Below, piece by piece: positions 36,701 to 45,146 of a stretch of 64,000 bases of DNA. The translations under genes were made by a program, and so were the position numbers. Source of the DNA: Ferrimicrobium sp. (GTDB lineage: Bacteria; Actinomycetota; Acidimicrobiia; Acidimicrobiales; Acidimicrobiaceae). Below the pieces are notes generated by a model that searched no databases, was not told the DNA's origin, and was given only the letters and a program-made list of their open reading frames with translations. Within the stretch, counting starts at the first letter, position 1. The number at the start of each line of letters is the position of its first letter. The stretch lies in contig NZ_DAHXOI010000004.1 of the NCBI RefSeq assembly GCF_027364955.1, positions 36,850 through 100,849 of the forward strand. Reading direction: 5' to 3'.

Positions 36701-39700
36701 GCTATACCTACGGCATCACGGTGATGCCTGTCTATGTCAATGGCTCCAACGATGCACTAGGTGCCAGTGCCACCTTGGCGGGAAACCTGACCATGAACCA
36801 AGGTCTGAGCACCGGTGTTTCCAACATTGTGCTCTCCCCAGGGTCGACGAGTTCTATGCCGTCGATGAGCGCGAGCTGGGAACCCCCTGGCGCAGGGTCA
36901 ACCAGCGGCTTGAGCGTAACGGGGTATCAGGTCCAGCTGTATAAGGACGGCACCACAACCAACGTTGCAGTCGGTGCTCCGGTAACAGTGACGACCACGA
37001 GTACTTTCTTCACTGACCTGAACGAGGCAGATACCTATTCGATTGGTGTTACGACCCTCTTGAAGGGTGCCAATGGCGCGGTCATCTATGGGCCGACGGT
37101 CTACTCGGGAAATGAGGCTGAGGCACAGAACTTAGCGACGGCTCCCGTCGAGAATGTGAACCTGCAGGCTACTGACTCTGAGACCGGCGCTCTTAACATC
37201 AGCTGGCAGGTGCAAGCCGGTGACGGGTACGCAAAGCCCGAGAGCTTTGTGATCAAGCTCACCGCAGGCTCGTACGCGGCTGGATCTACGACGGTCGCGG
37301 TAGGCGCCTTAGCGTCAACCACCGCCGGTGGGGTGACCACCTATACCGACACCCTGACCGATCTTAATCCAGCGGATCTCTACAGTGCCACGGTGGTTCC
37401 CTACTCTGGAGTTGGTGGTACAGGTGTGGCTGGCATGCCAGGCACCTCACCCGCTGGAGCGACTCCGTACTCAACGGAGGTGAGCAACGCATCGGTGACC
37501 AACTATGCGCCTGGCGACGTCAAGGTGAGCTTCACCGGTCCGGGATCAACACAGTACCAGGTCTCGGTCTCGGACGCCCTTGGCAATTTGGTTGTAGGCA
37601 CAGAGCAGGCGGGCGAGTCAGGTAGCACTTACAGTGCAAATCTCTCGATTCCCCAAAGCTATGAGGGCCAGACGCTCTTCGTTGAGATCACGCCAGTGGC
37701 CTCTTCCGGTGCGTCAGGTACGACCTTTGCCGCTCCCTTTGTCGCCTACGGGGCGCCGAATCCTGTGAGGAACCTTGAGCCGACCGATATCGGTTCTACC
37801 GCTGTAAGCCTGACCTGGGAGGCACCGAGTTCTGCGAGCCAGACTGCCTCAGGTGCGGTCACGAGCTATCAGGTGACTTGGTACGCAGGTGGCGCCAAGG
37901 TTGGTTCCACCACCACTAGTGATCTGGCTGCTACCATCACTTCCCTTACTCCTGGTACCGCCTATTCCTTTGAGGTGGTGGCGCTTAACAATAGTGGCTT
38001 TAGTTCAAGCCCTTCCATCGTCGGTGCTACGCCAGCCGCCGGAACGGTCTCCGGGCCCCTGAACTTAACCTCGACCCCCATCACCAATGGTCTCTCGCTG
38101 TCCTGGGATGCGCCCACGAGCAGTGAACTCGGGGGGAACTCCCTTGGTAGCCCTCCGGCCTATCAGGTGACCCTGACAAACACCGTGACCAAGGGTTCCC
38201 AGACCTTTGACGTCTCAACCGACAGCTATCAGGTCAGCGGTCTGACCGATGGTGATCCCTACACGGTCTCGGTGCGTGCCCAGGTCGTCAGCGCTACGAC
38301 TGGGAATGACTTCTGGTCCAGTGCCGCGACGCTCGGTGCTGATACTGCAACAACCCCAGTCGTTGCTCCTAACGCCGTCACTGGATTGCACGCGCTAGTC
38401 TCGGGTGGTCAGGTTCTTGTTACCTGGAACCGGGTCTCTGGGGCTACTGACTACCGAGTGAGTGTCGATGGGGCAGCTCCTGTCTCGACCAATGATGCCA
38501 ACGCGTACGCCTTCGCGGCCACGGCTGGCCAGGAGTACACCGTCGAGGTCTTTGCCATGAACGGCGAGGCTCAAGGAGCTCCGAACGAGGTGACCGAGTT
38601 CGTCGCTTCTGGCCCGGTGATGCCAAGTATTGCCGAGGTCGGGCCGAACACGCAAGTAGGTTCGACGTACCCATCGATCACTCCGCCGGCGACGACCCAT
38701 GACGTCGCTGTCAGCTTCACTGCTCCAACGACGATTGGGAGTGCTGAGGTGAGCTCGTATACTATTACGCTGTACTCCTTAAACGGGATCCAGGGGAACT
38801 CACCGAGTCCGATCGGGACCGTTACCGTTCCGATATCTGCAGTGCTCCAGGGTCTCAACGGTGAGATTTATTCCCAGACCTTTGCGGATGTCCCCGATGG
38901 GACTACCGTCTTTGCGAATGTTTCGGCGAATACGGGTGCCAATGACTCGGTGAGCTCGCAAACGGACTCCATAGCTGTCGTGGGCCGTCTTGGGGCGCCC
39001 AGCGCGATCAACGCTACGCCAGGAAGCCATGAGATCTCTCTGCAGGTCAACGCTCCGTTGACAGACAATGGGGCGACGCCAACGAGCCTTGTAATCTACT
39101 ACGAGGGATCCGATGGGATCGTTCATGTGGTAAATGTGGCGCACCCCACCGTGTCTCAGCAGGGGGTCTGGAGCTACACGCTCAGTGGCCTTACGAACGG
39201 TGAGTCTTATCAGGTGTGGGTAGCCTTTGGCAACCAGGATGGTGAGATAGGTCAGGCTGGCCAGGCAACGGACGTGGCCACCACCGGAACGAGCCTCACT
39301 CCATATACGCCGTTCCCGAGTACCGCCCCGACCACGGTTGTCAGTGCCACACCCGTGCGTAGCGGAACCGTCAATGTAGGATTTACCGCGCTACCGACTG
39401 TGTACAACCCGCAGTATGTGATCAGCTACCATACGAGTGGAGGAACCATCGAGACCATGGTCGTTCCGTCAACGACGACACCTTCGGGTGGACTCTACAC
39501 CGTCCCGGTTACGGGTTTGACCAACGGGGATAGCTACACCTTCACGGTTACGGCCTATGCCGGCTTTGTCAACAACTCTGGTGCGAATGGAAGCCTTACC
39601 GAAGGTAGCGCGACTGCTACTCCCTACGGGCTTCCAGGGTCAGTCGTAGTGAGCTCGCTGACGACGGTGAGCGACGGCTTTTCCATGGGATGGTCAGCGC

Positions 39701-41178
39701 CTGCTGATGGAGGTACTTCGATTACCGGCTATAGCTACACCGTTTCAACGAGTACGGGTGTCGCCGATAGTGGCACGACTACCTCGACGAGCTTGAGTCT
39801 GAGTAACTTGACCAACGGGACTGACTATACAGTGAGCATCTATGCCATGAATGAAGTCGGGAATGGTCCAACGACCACCCTCTCGGTCATTCCAGAGTCA
39901 GCGGCACCGAAGGTGACGAATCTCGTGGTCACTCCGACGGCAGGGAACGCCTCGGTCTCGCTTTCGATCCCTCAGGCGACTGAAGGGAATTCGTCGAGCG
40001 CGATCACCGGCTATGAGTACCAGTATGGTCCGACAAACGTTGGCTTTGACAGCGGTTGGATCCAGGTCCCCTCGACGGAGACCGGCACGAACCCGATTGT
40101 CACCGACGTGACGGGTCTAACGAATGGTACTGAGTACTCGTTCGAGGTCCGAGCTCTCTCAGGGACGGTGGCGAGCGCCTATCCGACGGTGGATGCGACT
40201 CCGACGGCCCCTGCTGCAGTGGTTCCACCGAGCACTAGTCCTGGTGGGGTGACCACGATCACTCGTACCATTACAGTGGTTGAACCGTCGACTTCATCGT
40301 TGTCGGTCACCCCTTCGACCTCATCTTCGGTCGTAGACTCGGTCCCGTATGCGATGGTAGCGGCGGACGGTGGGTATTTCAACCATGGCGCACCGTATGA
40401 CAACTCGCTCCCTGGGGAGAACATAGCGACAAGTGACATTGTCGGAGGTGCCCCAGCAGGTACGAACGGGTACTGGATGGTGACATCCAATGGCACGGTG
40501 TACGACTTTGGTTCGGCGCACTCCTTCGGGAACGTCACCAATCTCTCCGGCAAGGTCATTGGCATGGCCTCGACCCCAGATGGTGGTGGCTATTGGGTTG
40601 CGACAAACACGGGTAACATCTACGCCTTTGGTAACGCGGCCGACTATGTCGGAGTCTCGAAGTACGGCATCACGGGCTTGACTGGTTCACGTCCACTCAA
40701 TGCGCCAATCGTAGGCATTGCTGCTTTGCCTAATGGCAACGGGCTGTACCTGGTGGCCGCTGATGGTGGAGTCTTTAACTTCGGGTCAGCTGGTCTCTAT
40801 GGCACCACGTACTCGTTGGGGCTGACGGGCTTGACTGGTTCACGTCCACTCAATGCGCCAATCGTTGGTATTGCGGTTGATCCAGAGGGAACGGGTTACC
40901 TACTCATAGCCGCTGATGGTGGTGTCTTCAACCTTGGTTCGGCCCAGTTCCAGGGAAGCACCTACACCTACGGTATTACTGGTCTGACGGGAGATCACCC
41001 GCTGAATGCCCCGATCATCGGCGGAGCCTTTGGGCCAACGGTGAATGGCAAACAGGGGTACTACCTCTTCGCCGCCGACGGTGGAGTCTTCAACTTTGGC
41101 TCGGCCCCGTACGAGGGTTCAGATGCAAGCCTTAAGCTTGCCAAGCCAATGGTGACTGGCTTCGTCTTCCCGTCGTAG
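33796..41178 (+). CDS. Giant (2,460-aa) secreted protein: signal peptide, about 18-20 FN3-like modules, a P/S/T linker, and six ~45-51-aa propeller-like repeats
   Basis: Signal peptide MKRSLKHHGSAALRVGAALGLTTVGVVAVGAAPAFA. Clear FN3 modules, for example VSLTWEAPSS..VTSYQVTWY..LTPGTAYSFEVVALNNSG and FSMGWSAPADGGTSITGYSYTV..LTNGTDYTVSIYAMNEVG. The C-terminal repeats follow LNAPIVGIA..P.G.GY.LVAADGGVFNFGSA. No LPXTG, SLH domain or TM anchor was seen. Confidence 0.9.
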   Translation: MKRSLKHHGSAALRVGAALGLTTVGVVAVGAAPAFAQNTSNPATAITKMVYTATTTPTPLYTITVTANGTLAPAPAGVGGYALQVFPPSGGTSYVVDLVTTPSSDSAVATLPGPLESGATVDFIQYPPNGPLSSPALTDLGNSVWTLNANATLVPVNTSAFASTDYPSVTVPPQYSLNATDQLANAVVSFSGPESGYTDSNVGAKLDGFTVTVLNKSGAVVGGPNTVSPKGTGSYSTNFSGLTPGQEYSYLVSADYSSTTDSTAAPVPLTTTYVSTLPSAKDLTPQLPQVQGMTATPTYKDQSTFANPQETISWDSVAATTAKEEGYTPVGYQVSYASTAGTPTTQTVAYVGSDTTQSAAFDVSQGLTYNYSVSVIWSNGNGTFTGAPQTGTFLANSSLGAPTLTSLSSAETGASTLQVSGSFNTPAMPSQGAAGINAQYQIVLTDGSRTYSYYQTPVSLGWGQSLDFSVSSNEFPMAVGDTVTATVEATFYDGASEVGISNSNPSTITITNQAQLPGPQNVVFAMSQDLGGTVSWTGPTTKDVPSGYALNGFTVEIVNPDNNGQVYWVDNNVGASATSTAYNLAIPAGITSGFASSTTYEALVYANYTDTAEASQTTVGASASDSLYMPTQSLLSLTAPSMETEYANGAPALNVSWNASPSIPLSDGTGSITPSSYTLLYAPLDTLTSTANNPVLALSSLKTVVGIAPGAHGGVTSTTLTGLTPGTEYGVIVLARYPLYEATSGTFVGSATLPGLATTYAALPQPSISSLGFSSTGGSLDLTVAGQTPQATNPSGLSATYSIKVSNQATGMSYTYGPFANSKSTFSETLQSSSKSLLFGVGQNLNVTVIASYSLNGSAVGSVSSSPKQDSVTDSALELPGVSNIAATVVNDQNGNPTMANLSFEAPTGSTSPGWTIKGYDVVATGTNGVPAATAYFPASGTTGASSNVAAFDCTQGNCSVLVDGLIASYTYGITVMPVYVNGSNDALGASATLAGNLTMNQGLSTGVSNIVLSPGSTSSMPSMSASWEPPGAGSTSGLSVTGYQVQLYKDGTTTNVAVGAPVTVTTTSTFFTDLNEADTYSIGVTTLLKGANGAVIYGPTVYSGNEAEAQNLATAPVENVNLQATDSETGALNISWQVQAGDGYAKPESFVIKLTAGSYAAGSTTVAVGALASTTAGGVTTYTDTLTDLNPADLYSATVVPYSGVGGTGVAGMPGTSPAGATPYSTEVSNASVTNYAPGDVKVSFTGPGSTQYQVSVSDALGNLVVGTEQAGESGSTYSANLSIPQSYEGQTLFVEITPVASSGASGTTFAAPFVAYGAPNPVRNLEPTDIGSTAVSLTWEAPSSASQTASGAVTSYQVTWYAGGAKVGSTTTSDLAATITSLTPGTAYSFEVVALNNSGFSSSPSIVGATPAAGTVSGPLNLTSTPITNGLSLSWDAPTSSELGGNSLGSPPAYQVTLTNTVTKGSQTFDVSTDSYQVSGLTDGDPYTVSVRAQVVSATTGNDFWSSAATLGADTATTPVVAPNAVTGLHALVSGGQVLVTWNRVSGATDYRVSVDGAAPVSTNDANAYAFAATAGQEYTVEVFAMNGEAQGAPNEVTEFVASGPVMPSIAEVGPNTQVGSTYPSITPPATTHDVAVSFTAPTTIGSAEVSSYTITLYSLNGIQGNSPSPIGTVTVPISAVLQGLNGEIYSQTFADVPDGTTVFANVSANTGANDSVSSQTDSIAVVGRLGAPSAINATPGSHEISLQVNAPLTDNGATPTSLVIYYEGSDGIVHVVNVAHPTVSQQGVWSYTLSGLTNGESYQVWVAFGNQDGEIGQAGQATDVATTGTSLTPYTPFPSTAPTTVVSATPVRSGTVNVGFTALPTVYNPQYVISYHTSGGTIETMVVPSTTTPSGGLYTVPVTGLTNGDSYTFTVTAYAGFVNNSGANGSLTEGSATATPYGLPGSVVVSSLTTVSDGFSMGWSAPADGGTSITGYSYTVSTSTGVADSGTTTSTSLSLSNLTNGTDYTVSIYAMNEVGNGPTTTLSVIPESAAPKVTNLVVTPTAGNASVSLSIPQATEGNSSSAITGYEYQYGPTNVGFDSGWIQVPSTETGTNPIVTDVTGLTNGTEYSFEVRALSGTVASAYPTVDATPTAPAAVVPPSTSPGGVTTITRTITVVEPSTSSLSVTPSTSSSVVDSVPYAMVAADGGYFNHGAPYDNSLPGENIATSDIVGGAPAGTNGYWMVTSNGTVYDFGSAHSFGNVTNLSGKVIGMASTPDGGGYWVATNTGNIYAFGNAADYVGVSKYGITGLTGSRPLNAPIVGIAALPNGNGLYLVAADGGVFNFGSAGLYGTTYSLGLTGLTGSRPLNAPIVGIAVDPEGTGYLLIAADGGVFNLGSAQFQGSTYTYGITGLTGDHPLNAPIIGGAFGPTVNGKQGYYLFAADGGVFNFGSAPYEGSDASLKLAKPMVTGFVFPS

Positions 41179-41198
41179 GGTACGAACTCCTGCTACAG

Positions 41199-41236
41199 GC
41201 ATTAAGGGGAAGAACTTCGGTTCTTCCCCTTAATGC
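41199..41236. terminator. Perfect 17-bp stem / 4-nt loop hairpin between convergent genes
   Basis: GCATTAAGGGGAAGAAC-TTCG-GTTCTTCCCCTTAATGC. It lies 21 nt after the giant gene's stop and contains the TAA stop (41232-41230) of the minus-strand gene. There is no strong U-tract. Confidence 0.7.
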
Positions 41237-41955
41237 TGTTTGGCGCTATCAAGGAGCACTCGAAGCTCTGGTAACGATTGAGCTGCCTTTGCTTTGAGAA
41301 TGAGCTGCCAGGAGGCGATCTGGCTTGGGTCGGCCGTTGATAGTCGCTCTTTGACGGTCGCGATTGCGCATTCTGGATGAGCAGGTACAAAGTATGAGCC
41401 AATGGCGAAGGGAAAGAGGTTTTTGCGGACGTAGCGATCAGGCTCACGGTCGTGATCGAAGAGCAGTGCGAGAATGGGCCGAGCCTCTTCGCAGGTGAGT
41501 CGCGCGGCAAGGTAACCACTTGCAACAATACCAGCTCGTAAGATGCAGGGATTGGTGTCACCGAGGAGTTTGGTAAGTTCAAACCTACGGGTCTCCGCGA
41601 CGAAACCGTCGAGCGCGGTGGCGATGCCTTCAGCCGCCCACTCCCTGACCTCCCAGTTCTCATCATCAGCGAGCCTACGGAGCAATGCCATGACTACAGC
41701 GAGATGTGCTGTTGCCAGGTCTGGTGCGAGTTGTGCGGCGAGTTCTCGTGCATTCGGGCTCGGATGAGCTACTAACCACTCGACCTCGGTTAAGGTGCAC
41801 TGGGTGCGGAGTGCGCTGGCAGCTTGTCGCTTCTCTCGGGCCGTCGCGGTGTTCCCATGATGGGGACGTGCGTGCTGGTCAAGTTCGTCGATGGTGGTTA
41901 CCAGCGTCGGGCGTGGTGCCCAACGATGATCGGTGGGTGGAGCTTGTGCGTCCAT
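41230..41955 (-). CDS. HEAT-repeat protein, DNA-alkylation-repair (AlkC/AlkD)-like; tentative
   Basis: 241 aa. DDENWEVREWAAEGIATAL and later helical repeats resemble the DNA_alkylation HEAT family from memory. Confidence 0.5.
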   Translation of the reverse strand: MDAQAPPTDHRWAPRPTLVTTIDELDQHARPHHGNTATAREKRQAASALRTQCTLTEVEWLVAHPSPNARELAAQLAPDLATAHLAVVMALLRRLADDENWEVREWAAEGIATALDGFVAETRRFELTKLLGDTNPCILRAGIVASGYLAARLTCEEARPILALLFDHDREPDRYVRKNLFPFAIGSYFVPAHPECAIATVKERLSTADPSQIASWQLILKAKAAQSLPELRVLLDSAKQH

Positions 41956-41999
41956 GGGCGAGTAGTTTACTGGGACTGGTTAGCTCGCAAAACCTTTGA

Positions 42000-43319
42000 T
42001 CACTGCCACTCAGGATCCTCGGCACTTGGCTCTTCTCCAGAGTGTCGAAGGGCGGAGATCGCGATGATGTAAGAAGCAAGGGCTAAAATCGCTGTTGCGC
42101 CGAGGAATGCCTCTCCATCGCCGAGTGTGAGATCCGCCAGCGTGGCAACGAAGGCACCGAGCACCCAGGAGAGTTGAAAGTAGGACTCGTAGCGGGCAAA
42201 GAGTCTCCCATATTCATGTTTCGCCATCGAGGTTTGGACGCTGGCATCGAAGGCGATCTTCGCGCCGCCCGCGGCGACGCCGAGGACAAATGCGATCAGA
42301 ATCGCTCCTGCGATACCGATGTGGAGGGTTGCTGCGACAAATGCAACGGCCACAATGGCGATGGTTCCCAGTATCACGATGGTGGTCTCACCGAGTTTGC
42401 GTCGAACAAGGGGTGTCAACTGGGTCGCGAGGGCTGAACCGAGTGCGCTCGCGGCTAAGGCAGCTCCGTAGAGCCAGGTTGGGCTGTGCGCCCCTTTGAG
42501 TGCGAACGCCAAGAGAAAGACGAAGAAGCCTACCTGTCCGCGTAGAACGCTCATAAGCAGCGAGAGCGTCAGTGTCTGTGCATAGGCGGGCCCGCTGGGA
42601 CGGCGTCTCTTGGAACTTCTATTTCGTGGTTGGTCTGGCGTGCGAACCGGTAAGTGTTTGATCAGTGCACGAGATTCATAGATGAACAGGCTGAGGGGGA
42701 TGAGTTCGACAATGAGGTCGTACTGCGCCCCGAGAAAGGGAGTCTTTAAGATTCCCGCACCTATCACGCCGGCGATGGCACCAGCGATGGCCGCTAGCAG
42801 GGTGATATTGGCGTTGGTCTTGACCAGACTCCCGAGCTGGGATCGTGAATCAGAGTCGAGGAGCTCAGGGATCAGCGATGACTTGGAGACAAGGTAGGCC
42901 TTCGAGGCGACCAGATTCATGAGTGCGAGTGGGAAAAGGAGGAGCGATCGTAGCTCGAAGATCATGAGAAAGACGCCGACGAAGCGGACGATACCCGAGA
43001 CGATGACGACGATGCGCCGGACTCTTGGACCCCGATCGATGAGAGGGGAGATTAACGGTGCTAATACCGCAAATGGCGCCATCGTGAAAAGGAGGTAGAG
43101 GGTTACCTTCGAGCGAGCTTCATCAGGTGAGATCGAGAAGAAGAGTGAACCCGCGAGGGCGACGGTCATGAGGGTATCCGATGAAATCGAGAGTGCATGG
43201 ATGCGACGGAGTATGCCGAGCGGGGAGCTGGCGTCAAAGTAGTTTGTGAGCCACACCTTGGACCGTTCGGTGACTCGTCGGTGGGAGTGTGGCTGCACCC
43301 CCACCATGCTAGCGAGCAT
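42000..43319 (-). CDS. MFS transporter
   Basis: About 12 hydrophobic segments. I start at the ATG at 43319 (439 aa, MLASMVG...). The first 113 codons of the track ORF are Ser/Pro/Arg-rich and unlike an MFS N-terminus. Confidence 0.75.
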   Translation of the reverse strand: MLASMVGVQPHSHRRVTERSKVWLTNYFDASSPLGILRRIHALSISSDTLMTVALAGSLFFSISPDEARSKVTLYLLFTMAPFAVLAPLISPLIDRGPRVRRIVVIVSGIVRFVGVFLMIFELRSLLLFPLALMNLVASKAYLVSKSSLIPELLDSDSRSQLGSLVKTNANITLLAAIAGAIAGVIGAGILKTPFLGAQYDLIVELIPLSLFIYESRALIKHLPVRTPDQPRNRSSKRRRPSGPAYAQTLTLSLLMSVLRGQVGFFVFLLAFALKGAHSPTWLYGAALAASALGSALATQLTPLVRRKLGETTIVILGTIAIVAVAFVAATLHIGIAGAILIAFVLGVAAGGAKIAFDASVQTSMAKHEYGRLFARYESYFQLSWVLGAFVATLADLTLGDGEAFLGATAILALASYIIAISALRHSGEEPSAEDPEWQ

Positions 43320-43898
43320 GGTGGGATTATGATCGAGTGCACGACGTCTCCTAGGCACGCGACCGGCTGGCCTGGTTGACTGCAGTGGATTGTCTGCTCG
43401 TGAGTGAGCATTCGAGCTGAAGGGCCCGCGGCTGAAGCGGATACGTGGTTCATAGATGGTCAGCAGTTGCTCTGTGATGGCGGCTAACAGGAGATGCAGC
43501 GTGTCCTGGCGCAGTCGTGAGGCGAGGTGGCAAGACGATTCCCACGTAGCTGCGTTACTCGAGAACGAGGAGGGTAGTGATTCGCTTGGATTGCGAGACC
43601 CAGATGGCGCGTGGTGGGCGCCATCTGGGTCGTGGGGTGGAGTAGGAGTTCGGCTCACCTAGATTCCACGCTGATTCATTGGTGAGCCTTTCTCCACTCT
43701 CGGTCGAAAATAGCCAGGGGTTAAGGAGTATTGTCAGGGGAATCAGTGACCTATGGCCCTAGAAACAGGATGTTCTTCGTTACTAGAGTGTCGCTTAGTA
43801 TTGGTGCTAGTGGTTATGTTCTGCCGCAGAGCGCTGTTGCCGACAGGTTGAGCAGTGGGTGCGGGTGTGATATGGTCGTTGGGACGTGAAGGAGAGAG

Positions 43899-44327
43899 AT
43901 GTCTGGGCAGAGTTATGATCGGGTGGTATTGGGTTATGACGGTTCTACCATGGCAAAACCGGCATTGGAGTTTGCGCTCGCCGAAGCAGAGCTGCGTGGG
44001 GCTGAGCTGGTAATCGTTTATGCGTGGACTGAGCCGGACTACGGTTTTGGGCTCTCAGAGTCGGTCATCGGTGAATTTGAGGCGACGGGCAACGCGCTCT
44101 TGGCTGAGGCGGCTGAGGTTGCCGCTAAGACACATCCCGGGGTGAAGGTAAAGACTGCCCTGGAGAGCGGCAACGCCGCTTCTCGGATTATTGAGCATGC
44201 CGACAAGGCCGATCTGGTGGTCGTGGGTGCCCGCGGTCATGGTGGTTTTCAGGCCCTGATGCTTGGCAGTGTCAGTGATCAACTGGTCCATCACTGTCCG
44301 GTGCCCGTTGTCATCGTTCGCAGTTAG
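43899..44327 (+). CDS. Universal stress protein (UspA family)
   Basis: 142 aa. DLVVVGARGHGGFQALMLGSVSDQLVHHCPVPVVIV is the canonical USP ATP-binding C-terminus. Confidence 0.85.
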   Translation: MSGQSYDRVVLGYDGSTMAKPALEFALAEAELRGAELVIVYAWTEPDYGFGLSESVIGEFEATGNALLAEAAEVAAKTHPGVKVKTALESGNAASRIIEHADKADLVVVGARGHGGFQALMLGSVSDQLVHHCPVPVVIVRS

Positions 44328-44339
44328 ACGATGCACGGA

Positions 44340-44381
44340 GATGCCAGGTCGCTACATGGTGATGCCAGGTCGCTACATGGT
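44340..44381. repeat. Perfect 21-bp tandem direct repeat x2 immediately upstream of the response-regulator gene
   Basis: GATGCCAGGTCGCTACATGGT at 44340-44360 and again at 44361-44381. The array ends 9 nt before the ATG at 44391 and begins 12 nt after the USP stop. Confidence 0.9.
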
Positions 44382-44390
44382 GAGTAGGGT

Positions 44391-45047
44391 ATGACGATGA
44401 TACGGCTCTTCATCGTTGAAGACCACGAAGTGGTACGGCGTGGTATCGTGGCTCTTCTCTCTAATGATCCAGATATCGAGGTGGTCGGAGAGGCCGGAGG
44501 GGTCAAGGAGGCATTGGAGCGCTTTGCGCTCGTTGAGGCCGACGTGGCACTCTTAGATGTCAGGCTCGGCGATGGCGACGGCATTAGTCTCTGTCGCGAC
44601 CTCCGATCGATGGCGCCAGAGCTCCGGTGCGTGATGTTGACCTCATTCTCCGATGATGAGGCACTGTTTTCCGCGATTATGGCGGGTGCGTCAGGATACC
44701 TCCTTAAGAAGATCAAGGTCGATGAACTCGTACACTCTATCAAGAGGATTGCAGCCGGAGAGAGTCTTATCGATCCCGGGTTGACCACCAGGTTGCTGGA
44801 GCGTCTTCGCGAGGGTGCCGATGATCCCCTGGCGAGTCTGACTGAACAGGAGCGCAAGATCTTTGATCTCATCGTCGAGGGTAAGACGAACCGTGAGATT
44901 GCGGCTGAGGTCTATTTGGCCGAAAAAACGGTAAAGAACTATGTCTCCAACCTGCTTGCCAAGCTCGGTGTTCGCCATCGCAGTGAGGCCGCGGCCCTTG
45001 GGGCACGCCTCGCAGAACGCAAGCGATTCGATCATGAGCAATTGTAG
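44391..45047 (+). CDS. NarL/FixJ (LuxR C-terminal HTH) response regulator; no adjacent histidine kinase
   Basis: 218 aa. Receiver residues VEDH, LLDVRLGDGDG, VMLTSF and GYLLKK. HTH region ERKIFDLIVEGKTNREIAAEVYLAEKTVKNYVSNLLAKLGV. Confidence 0.9.
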   Translation: MTMIRLFIVEDHEVVRRGIVALLSNDPDIEVVGEAGGVKEALERFALVEADVALLDVRLGDGDGISLCRDLRSMAPELRCVMLTSFSDDEALFSAIMAGASGYLLKKIKVDELVHSIKRIAAGESLIDPGLTTRLLERLREGADDPLASLTEQERKIFDLIVEGKTNREIAAEVYLAEKTVKNYVSNLLAKLGVRHRSEAAALGARLAERKRFDHEQL

Positions 45048-45068
45048 GTATCAAGTTTCCTTCTGTTC

Positions 45069-45097
45069 TTGACACGGTCTCGCCACCCGGCTAGGCT
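45069..45097 (+). promoter_or_regulatory. Candidate sigma-70/SigA-type promoter for the FtsX/ABC operon
   Basis: TTGACA (45069-45074), a 17-nt spacer, then TAGGCT (45092-45097). It lies 50 nt upstream of the ATG at 45147. Confidence 0.45.
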
Positions 45098-45146
45098 CTT
45101 CTGAGTGTCAGGGTGTGCCTTCAAGCGATGGATCCTTCGTTAGTCG

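Noticed and set aside
43320-43658. 113-codon N-terminal extension of the MFS transporter ORF
   Set aside because: It is Ser/Pro/Arg-rich with no TM segment. MFS homology starts after the internal ATG at 43319. I cannot exclude a somewhat longer N-terminus.
15200-44381. Whether any of the tandem repeats (51-bp x3, 18-bp x3, 16-bp x3, 21-bp x2) is a CRISPR array
   Set aside because: All units are contiguous with no unique spacers. Copy number is 2-4, no cas genes are present, and one array is demonstrably coding.
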